From contig JANJGN010000003.1 of NCBI GenBank assembly GCA_026770705.1, positions 151,652,001 through 151,716,000 of the forward strand: 64,000 nt of DNA, read 5' to 3'. Position 1 is the stretch's first letter. Every line of letters begins with the position of its first letter. The translations under genes and the position numbers were made by a program. This document shows, piece after piece, positions 53,993 through 64,000 of this stretch. Below the pieces are notes generated by a model. It saw nothing but the letters and a program-made list of their open reading frames with translations, did not search any database and was not told the DNA's origin. Origin of the DNA: Isurus oxyrinchus. Its lineage: Eukaryota.

Positions 53993-54752
53993 CTTTTGTT
54001 TCTTTCTCAGGAGAGTTTTTACTGCTTTCTGAAGGGACTGGAGATGACTCTTCGTTCGCTGAAGAAGCGGGAGCTTCTGCCTCTTCTCTTTCCGAACCGC
54101 AGGTTAAATGACCGGGGGATGTCCCTTCACTTCCTTTTCTCCCCAACTCAGTCGGGGTCGAAGCTGAAGAAGGGGGTGTTCCAAAACGGATCTGGGACTG
54201 GGGTACGAATGGAGAGGCCCCAACCTGCCCCGTGTTGTTATAAAGTGTCTGTTTGGATGTCGGATAGGCTTGGGACAGACGGAAATAGCCAGGGACAGGA
54301 ACCCCGCCGCTAGTAGTCGTGTCACTATTGGAGCACGAATCTGATGTTAGCCTTGGGAACGTGGAAAGATCTGTTGCTGCTGCGCTTTTGGGACATTTCT
54401 CCGAATCATATAAACAATATGCATTCTCTTCTTTGATATTCTGGGGGAAGGAACATGCTGCTACTTGCTGGGTTGCAGGTTGTTCCATGCGACAGGACCT
54501 TGGGGGATCTGACCAGACCTCCATCCCGCTCATGTAAGGATGAGAAGTCAGGACCATACTCTGAGAGTTGTTCTCGCTGCGTTTGCTCAGAGATGGGAAA
54601 AGTCCACAGTTCTGGGTGCCGTAAGACAGCTCAGAGGCAGGCGGCAGGTACACGCTGCTGTTGGGGTAATAGGTTCCTTCCCCGCCACGGCCCACGCTGA
54701 TCAGAGAATCTACTAAAAAGGAGTTTGCAGACGGGCTGTCTGAGCATGACAT
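53993..54752 (-). CDS. hoxa10: Homeobox protein Hox-A10, exon 1
   Basis: MSCSDSPSANSFLVDSLIS, CSFPQNIKEE, VPVPGYFRLSQAY; donor G|GTAGGT at 53993/53992. Confidence 0.95.
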
Positions 54753-57700
54753 TGTTGTGGGATAATTTGGCGAAAGCAGAAGATATCCAGTTCAGGCTGA
54801 CATTTCTTGTGCAAACACGCTGAATATGATTAGAGATACCTCCGCAGCACGACAGGCGGAATGAGCCAATCGAATGGCACAGTTGGACATAAGCCCCTCC
54901 TCCACGGAGAGCTGCGTCACGAGAACTGCAATAAGGTCACCATATGTATTCGGTAAACTGCAAAAGCCTCTAAATGCATCTTTATTTACTCGGTTCTACT
55001 TTATTGGAATCACGTCCTTCAAATAAAATAAAAGCGGGGCTCCAATGTGTAACGGGGTATCACCAGAAGGTTCAGCAATGCATAACGCGGCGTTACTGAG
55101 TCATAGGGGCAATCCGTTTATTATTTTAAATTGTTCACATATGAAGTTGACAAAGGGGAAAGTTTTAGTCCTGTTATTATGCAGTTTTAATCACACGCTA
55201 AGATTCCCTGGCGGCTACAGGCGAGAAAACATGAGTAATCTTGACTTTCACGGGTCTGTCTAGGATTAACTCGCCGGTTGCTGCTACATTTTCACAGTTC
55301 TCACTATAATTCTGATCCACACTGGGGCTCTGCTGATTGTTACTTCCAGTACTATCCTGTGACGCGTGTTCTGAACATACAGCCGCTAGATTGCATTTCT
55401 AGTTTCATGTTTGTAGTCTAAAGTTTAGTAGGTGAATGCAACATGCTGTAGCTCTGTAGGTTAAGTGTAGAAGGTCAGTGACAACAAACTAATAAAGTAA
55501 CATAACCCATTTATTTCATTTCCTCTTCTATTTCACCAGTATTACATATTAGAAGTTAATTGAGCCTTGACCATTTCTGATATTTTATACTTACCATCTC
55601 AATAAATCGAAACATTTTCAAAATGTTTTAACCATGTGTTCTTCGGCTGTCTGGGCTACAGTAGAGAGCATTTACCACATCTATAAAATCGATCTCATCA
55701 TTTCGTCTTAAAAAGAGAAAACAAGACTGTTAAACAGAAATTTACAAGACTCTCAGCTACAAACCGGTCAAGTTTAAGACAAGGCGCACAACAGAAGCTT
55801 CATCCAGAGTTCCTATCGCCACCCTATCCGAAAGGTAACTGTTGAAAACAAAGTCAGACAGAAAAACTGCAACTACCCTGCCTCTGTTTCAGGAGGGAAG
55901 CGGGAACTTCGGTTTGTGAACTTTTCTTTGGGATTGGGGTGGCGTTCAAGGACAAATATAGACCAAGTGACGATATTATCCTTATTATTAGTGCTAGCAG
56001 AAGTTAAGTGGTATAGGAATTAAGGAGTAAGCCAATATCCAATTACCCCCACTCCCCAACCCCCACAAATAAAAACATCTTGGCCAAAGGAAACGTGCGG
56101 ACAGTTTCTCTTCGAATTGATGATTTTGTGGCATATCTGTACAATGTGACATGTATCAATGCGGCTCCAAATAGGAGACCTGCTATCTCTACTTTGTTCG
56201 GCCACCTCTGTAATCAAGTGCAGCCAACAATGACGCTCTCAAATGTAGTCCTTAGGTTGGGATCGGGAGTAAACAGTGTAATTTCACAGTGACAAAGGAC
56301 TTAATCTTCAGTCTCTGGCATTGCTGCGTTTTACTGCGAGTTCATTTTAAACCGCCCGCGAACTGGTCCCCACCACCAGCAAACCCCAATCTGCCCTATT
56401 ATTCCAATTGTTGTTATTTTAACTTCTGGCGCTGGAATAAAGCTCAAAAAATGTTGCTAATCCAAAGCAGGTTATTAAAAATATCGTTTGTGGTAAAAGC
56501 CAGCGGGATATGAAGGTCGGTTTTGCACGCATCGTGTTTGCTAAGGGGCCGTCTCAGAGGATCCCTTATTCTTGCTTTTTTTTTTAAACACAAACAACTG
56601 CTTAGAATTATCACGGTCGTCCAGAAAACCTATAAAAACTTAAATGTGCTTTATTAAAAAAAAAAGAAAATTTTCCTTTTGCGGTCCCACTGTGCCCATG
56701 ACACGTATGATCACGGGAGCATACAAAGATTTAATGGGAGGGAAATAACAATTGTCATCTATAACAGAGTCTCATATATAAAGGCTCAAGCTCCTGTACA
56801 CCAAATGCTAACTAGCAGCGCGTTTACGTGTTGAAGGGAGGGTATTTATCTGGTTTTCGTGGTAAATATATCATTGCTTAATACATTGATTCCATATTTG
56901 GATAATTTTATTCGTGCATTTTTGGATGGGTAATAGGCTTAAACGTTTATAACCCAGTATCCCAGTAAAACTGTAACGGGGAATGGAGATTGGCTGCCGC
57001 AGTTTCTAAGGCCACTGCAGTCATTTCTGGACTTTATTGGTAGTAACGGGGCGAGGGCCGTGTGATTCCCTGTATACATTAAAAACACACGCACTGGCAA
57101 GTCATTGAAACACGAAGGACTTGCGGGGGAAAAAGTTTCTTCCCTAGTTTCTAAGGTGTCGTAACTCCTCATTACGGCATTGTTAACAGTTTAGAAATAT
57201 GATTAACTCTGCCGAGAAGGAGCTAGGGGCAGATGAAATGGCTTCCCCGTGTAACATGACAAAAAATATATAAGAAATAGTTTTAGGAGCCGCCTAAATC
57301 CGCCTGTTGTGCAACATTTCTTGTGGCGTTTAACACATCCCCCTTGACATAAGAAAGAATAACGAAGACAATTTTCTCTTCGCCAAGCTGTATCGATCGT
57401 GGCTATTGCAAGATTTCTCAATTTCTCCTTCAACGCTCCAGCAATAAACAAACATCTTGAAACATTGCATCGAATGAGGTAAACGATACGTTGTCCAGCC
57501 AGTGGTGAAAGAGCGAACGTAGAAAGCAATGGAGTGAGTGGTGGTTCCCTGGTAAATAAATGATTTCAAAGCCTGAACAGAGCAGGCTGACCGCATTCAT
57601 AGCTCGGACTCGTTCTTAGCCTAGATCGTGAACTTAAGACTGAAAGACAGACAGAATGGTCTTTCACTGGGTTTTCCTAAATAAAGATTCGAAGAGAAGT

Positions 57701-60700
57701 ATCATGTCTCTTGTCTCTTGCCGCCCTGAGTGAGATTATTTGCAATTATTTACCTCTGATTTCATGGACAAAATGTTTATAACACTTTGCGAAGTCTAAA
57801 AGAAATCGCCTCACTCTCCAAGTGTACGCGCCATTGTATGTGCGCAGTAAATTCTTTTCAGTCTACCAACTAGAGCAAGTACTTGCCATCCGTGAACTCT
57901 GTTTTAACGTAAATCCCCTTTTTCTTACAAAAATATAATTCTCTATGATTCGCTAAGGTTGCTGGAGAGGTCGAAAACAATGGCGTCCTTTAACTTGCTA
58001 CGTATCAAAACTGTTTTACAGTCAGACATCTGAGATAACTACAGTTTGCCCAACAGAATATTTTTTGCAAATCGATTTTTTAAAAAATAAACTTTATGGA
58101 AATGTGCAGCTTATTGTGGATAAAAAAACTGAAGACTGACAACCCCATGGTATTAGTGTTTCGCTTTTTTACATTTGATGTTTAAAACATAAAGTACATT
58201 AAAACAGAAAAGCACTATCCTGGAATGATTGTTTAGAAGTTTCCCAACGGGAATTTTATACAGAGTTTTCTCTTAAACCACAAACTAAAGGACTCAGGCC
58301 GCAGTCAAGAAAGTTGAAACAAAGAAGTCAAAAACTTGTCCTTGTTGAAATCACTTAAAGCTTGTGTTTCATTAAATCTAGAATTCTAAATAATTTGTTG
58401 AAATGCCGCTGAATGCAGGAAAAGCGATGTGTTTTGGGGTAACTTATTGCTCAGAATAAACAAAAGTAAATATTGCTAAAATAGAGAGAAGCAAATCACG
58501 CTCTTTAAACAATCTTTTTGCCAAATACATTCCAACATAAAGAAACGGGAAATAGCGTCTGAAAACAGAGGGGGGAAAACTTCTATCTTTGTACAGCAAA
58601 TTTGACTAAAATATAGAATAGCAACAGAAATGGGCACATGACTGTTAAACGCGTTGGTATAATAACAACATTAATCCCAGTAAATAATAAAGCCTATTTG
58701 CTCAAAAAGATCAGGAAAGATGCCTCGAATAAAATATAAATATAATTCATTTGTTTTATCTTAACCTATTTCAGTTCAGCAATTTTACTTAGTTATCTGC
58801 TCGGGATCCGCTTAAGAAATGAAAACAAAGGAATAGTGATGGAAATTTGTGATTTGAAGTGAATTGTCCGACTTTGAATATGAACAATGTATAACATTTC
58901 ACAAGGTGAACGTTCTAAATGTGAAATGGAAGGCTCATGTTCCTGGTGAAAATTATCATCACTTACGCATCATTTTATATATCAGCAACAGTTTCTGTCA
59001 ATCAATGTTGTTCAATTAAAAACTCTTCGAAGAACTCAAAGACAACGTTCCGATGGAAAGAGGGTGGGAGACGGTGTTGTCAGGATTTAAAATCTATTAT
59101 CTAGACTGAATAGAGTGGATTGTTTCCTGTGCAGCATTATGAATGACACGTTGATGCTGGCTCCATTTTTTTTTAAAGAACGAGAAGTCTTAACAATGAT
59201 TCAGATGGTAATTTCTCTTCAAAGATTACAGGTGAAAAACGTTCAAATTTGCAGAAACCACGCATACAAAACACATGAACATAAACATAGAAAAGCGCCG
59301 ACACGCTCAGATATCCACTCCCATGTCGCTTTATAATTAAAGAGATTTTGATTGGATTTTGTTGAAATGCGGAGCGGCTTTCACTTACTTGAAAAAGTAG
59401 CTTGATGTTAATTTGTATAATTTACAATCAGATTCAGGAATTCTGATTTTATTTGGCATCATTCTATGTAGATGAGTGCGCAGCTTTTTTTTATTCGCTG
59501 ACAGAATTGCTCACTGGCTTTATTCTCCCCAAAAAGCGGCGATTCAGTCGCTTAGGCCACGGTGAAGGTGACGCAGCGGGGGTCAGGTCACAAACCAAAA
59601 GAATGTCCATGTTATGTACCACGTCGAAAATAAAGTCGCGGTGTAAAATATACAATTACAACAAATTTCCCACATTAGTCTCCTGTGTAGAACTGCACTG
59701 ATTGAAACGCTATCATTCAATAGTTTGATACCTCCGAACAAAGAAGGATTTGTGGTATCAACGCTCAATTTAAAGTCGTTCAATAACATAACGGAATGAC
59801 AAATGTCTTAGAGCAAAATGCAGTGTAACTTCTTCAAATATGAAGTGTGCGCACGCTATTTCTGTTTAATATATAGACTCAATGATCCAGAATAAAGTAA
59901 ACGTTAGCTTTTCACTATTGCATCTCCCTCTTGCAAACAAAGAACCTACTGTAACCAGTGCTATCATCTTTTACAATTCATAGCTGTAGAAACAAGGCTG
60001 TCCTTCAGCAAAATATTTTTAACATACATTATTATTTTGCTTGCGGAGTTCAATAGTTGCACTGCAGAAGTTTATATGCAAAATAATGTGTGCGAGGAGT
60101 TAACTGGAAAATGCCTTTGAATGTGCATGATTTAAAAATATGGCCAGCTGCACAAAATGAAGAACTGTTACAGTGCGTTTTCCCTGAAATAACGAAAGAA
60201 GTGAGCTAATCTTAAAAAAAACCATGAACGTGCAATCAACTTTGGGATGTCTAGACGGTTCTATTTTCCGAACAGTTAAGTTAAAGCTCACAGCGGCAGG
60301 TCGGGGCGAATGTTTGTCCTTTAGTTCCTCTTACTGTTTCTTATTCATCCCTCACTGTTGCGAAGTGTTGGCAATCACACATGCAAAATCTTCACTGTTT
60401 CTGTGTCTTATTTGGGGATATATCCAGTTTTACATTGACGAAACCCTAAACTATTTAACGGACTGTTTAATACTTGCATTGACTTTAAAAGTTGCTATTT
60501 TGGCAATTGCAAAACATGACATGTTTTTTGTAAGGCCAAATCTCATGTTCCTAGCAAAAGTAAAGGGGGATTGCTGAAGGCGTTTCTTTTTAAATATATA
60601 GCTTTTTACAAATAGGCTACCACTGACATTGTGCGTCTATTGTGGGAGTAAACGCGAAGATAATAATTGCCCGAAGACACAGAGCCCTATTATTAGTTGT

Positions 60701-60799
60701 TTTTATTAACTTCTGATAATCAAAATCATTTAGTTCTGCAATACCAAATTGCACTTTTTACAGCGAGGAAAACCAGAATGAATCACTGGTGTGCTGTTG

Positions 60800-60833
60800 T
60801 GCAAGTGCTGATCCTAGACCCAGAGGGCGCTGT
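60800..60833 (+). promoter_or_regulatory. Candidate CTCF site between Hoxa10 and Hoxa11
   Basis: AGACCCAGAGGGCGCTGT core with upstream TGCAAG. Confidence 0.6.
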
Positions 60834-63800
60834 GGCCTAAAGTTGCCTCAGCTTCTAACTCGGGTGCATTAAATATTGGAGTTGCACTGATTCTTGATGG
60901 GAATATGCTGCGTGACATGCATCGAACACTAGATAACATTTTATTAAAATAACAAGCACTTAAGAATTGGAAGTTGTTTTTATCATATCGTCTAAAATAA
61001 AGGGATAAACTGAGAGGGAAATATAATATTGCAAATATACACTTGAAACATTACCCGAGCTTAGAAACTAAGCAACTTGCAATTTAACCAAAGCAAAACA
61101 TTGGATTAAAACCAGACGGCAATTCATGTATAGCTTTTTTTAACCAAATCTTTTACTAGATAAGTACGCTCACGTAAAATTACACATGTATATGCGCAAG
61201 CACGCAGTGAACAAAAATACATGATATGCACATTTTACTTCCAGTGTAAATACTACAAGAATTCAACGCATGTGGCTTGTGTAATTTTAGCTAGGCCATT
61301 TATTAGAGGGAAGCCTTGCCGAAAGAAATGTTGAACTGGACAAGTTTGATCTGTTCCCCTGCATCTACAATTTAAGACCAACACGCATAATGTTCACAGC
61401 AAACTTGCTTCAAAATGCCACGCAAATTGTGTTTAGTTAATAATTTTGGAAATAAAGTTAAGTCTTATTAAATGTTCTGCATCAAATTGCTTTACTGCAA
61501 GCTATTTTATTTAATTTTTACTGTCTTTGTTAATTAGTTATTTATACTAAAAAACATAAAATATTCGAATGGAAAAATATGCAGAAAAATACTCTGTAAA
61601 TATAGATTGCATTCACTTCTGATTTAACCGTATAACACCGTATGGTGCATGAAATAAAATAAAAGCTGTTGTCTTTTCAATTAAAAAAAACCCTAAAATT
61701 GCAACAAGTGCAATGTTTCTTTAAATTTAAACGTTAAGTTTTAACTGAAGAGAAATATCATTGCTCGCCATGGCATATAAACGGCAAAACTCAAATTAGT
61801 GCATCAGGCAAGCTTCACGGTTCAGTCGGAGATTTAACTTTCAACCAATATTTAAGAAACAGATAAAACCGCCAGCATGGACTTTTTCTTTAAATAAACG
61901 GTTGAAGCGTTTTTTGTGTAAACGGAGGATGCACAAGAGGCAATAGACAAACTACAGAAATGTGTTGCACATTGAACCCAAAACCTAAGATCAATGGTTA
62001 ATTTGAATTTTATCTGAGGTTTTAAATAACACATATGATTATTTAGGGAATCGAATCTTAAAAATACAAATGCCCCGGTCGTTGAGAAAAAAATTAATTT
62101 CACATTGCAAATTAAATTGTAAGAACAAATCTGCTGGTGTTTTATGATACCGTTTAGTTGATACTTTCTAAAAGAGAATTGTGCAACATCATGCCATGAC
62201 AGAAAATGTAGAATAGAAAATGTAAAAGCTTAATTCCTGAATTAAACCTTAACCCCATAACCCGCAAATCTGACAATAAACATTTTATGCGGTTACTGTT
62301 ATAAAATGGCTCACTGTAAGTGTTTTACTTAAACGATAAGCTTATAGTATTGTCTACCCTACTTGCTAAATTCCATTCCAGTCTGCTGTGAAATGAAATG
62401 AAACCGCGCAGTTCTCCTTTCCCTGAGCTTTTTCCGATGAAATAATAGAAATTTCAAAAGGGACTTTCAGCCCTCCAATCCTTAATTGCTACATTAACTG
62501 AAACATAAAACCTGTGATATTTATTTCGTTCACACCAGTGTAGTAACACTTATCAAGCGGGTTGAAAAATCTTTAAACTATTATATGGATTTTGTTCGAA
62601 TAAAACGTCCATGTTGTGTCTACATGGGAGTCTACTCACCTACCTTTGTTAGCAAAAAACGATTATTTTGGAGCTCTTTTGGGACATTCCGACCCTATTG
62701 GATTTAATGTGTCTTGCGAAGTTCTTCAGGGTTCAATTCGGATTAAAGAAGCGAACATATGTCTTTTGGAACTCGTGCTTTGGAAAAACGATGGACCAAG
62801 TATTTCTGCTTATAGGTTTTTGCTGCCCAAAGCGGCTTTGACATTGATCTAAATGGCGCCACCATGTGGACCAAGCGTCCTTCGAATTAATTCATTGTCA
62901 GTTCTCTGGTGTGGCAGCACAAAAAACCGAGAACGAACGCAAAAATATATCCAGAATGTCAGAACAGCTCAAACCGAATTATTTGATTACGTTCACTGCA
63001 TTTGCAATTCTAGATTGCGGCGTTCTTAGAAATATGCAAAGAGCCACATTAAACAGGCTTTATGACTTGCCCTGCTGTTAGTAACCACAGCAACAGAGAC
63101 GTTTCCTTGTCATTTGTTTTGAATGCCACAGCCCCTTAATCCGGTACAACGCTGATCTCAACTCCCTCTTCTGTAGAGCTAAAAGCTACACTCAAAGCTT
63201 TAATCACAGCCAGTATCGTCCATTATTAAAACAACCTCGCCTGCAATATTAAGTTTCCATGATGCCAGATCATAACTCGCTAGGAAGTCTTGATCAGTCT
63301 CTTACAATTTGTGTCGGGTCCCGGCCATCTCCGGCGGGAGTCTAACCACTGTGCAGAAGCTTCAGGCCTGATTATCCCTTCACCCCCCAAGGTTAGAGGT
63401 GACGTCCATGGCGCAACAGAAGTTCAAAGCCAGGAAACAAGCAGGAAAAGAGAATGCAAACTGGCTTTAAAAATATTGTAATACAAATGAAAGGTGTTGC
63501 AACCATTGCTAAACCAGGACCCTTACAAACTCAGTCAAACGCAGTGGAATGTTTGCCAATCGAGAAGCTTAAATCCGCGATATTATCCATATTACAGAGT
63601 CAATTCTTTTTTCAAAATAAACTAAATTTAAATTAACACGAGTTCTGGCAATTCAACCGATTTCTGTCAAGTTGTTTTCAATTATACCACGAAGCAGCGA
63701 ACGGGAGTTACATTGCCCAAAATCTGATTTGAATGTCTAGGTTTCCAGGAAATAAACCAAAGAAAATCATACCCATGTATGTCGAATGATGTGGAATGTT

Positions 63801-64000
63801 ATCCAGCTTTAATGATTGTTTGTTACGTACATGGAATGCACAATAATACAGCTCTTAGCAGGTGTTTTAGGTTCCGTCTTGAATACCCGGCAAAGTTGAA
63901 GAAGCCTACATTGATCGTCCTTAAGAAAAAGCGATTCTTTCCACCTTGTATCCCACTGTGCGCTCGCTGAACGTATACATGCAAATCTTACACCCTTTTA

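Noticed and set aside
56020-56420. C-rich segments reminiscent of a decayed interspersed repeat
   Set aside because: No terminal repeats, TSD, A/B boxes or second copy visible, so the call cannot be supported.

Overview
AT-rich vertebrate genomic DNA containing the central part of a HoxA cluster, all genes on the minus strand. Six two-exon homeobox genes are present: Hoxa4, a5, a6, a7, a9 and a10. I checked GT-AG phase-1 splice junctions for each. Hoxa3 and Hoxa11 coding exons lie outside the window. The lack of an intact paralog-8 gene and the protein sequences indicate HoxA. Retention of a6 and a7, the low-GC coding sequence and the resemblance to shark Hox proteins suggest a cartilaginous fish (inference). 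Non-coding features include a miR-196 hairpin between a9 and a10, two DR5 RAREs and one DR2 RARE, HB1/Cdx-type elements, candidate CTCF sites and E-box/CCAAT promoters. I recognised no transposon. The most notable observations are: (1) a decayed Hox8-like homeobox relic in the empty paralog-8 slot; (2) an in-frame stop that turns the mammalian-type HOXA10 N-terminal extension into a 3-codon uORF; (3) absence of the HOXA9T internal splice acceptor and of the mammalian Hoxa9 uATG; (4) dense miR-196 sites in the a7 and a9 3'UTRs; (5) a strong-context 60-aa ORF in a candidate distal exon between a6 and a7. Comparisons with human sequence are from memory and need alignment.
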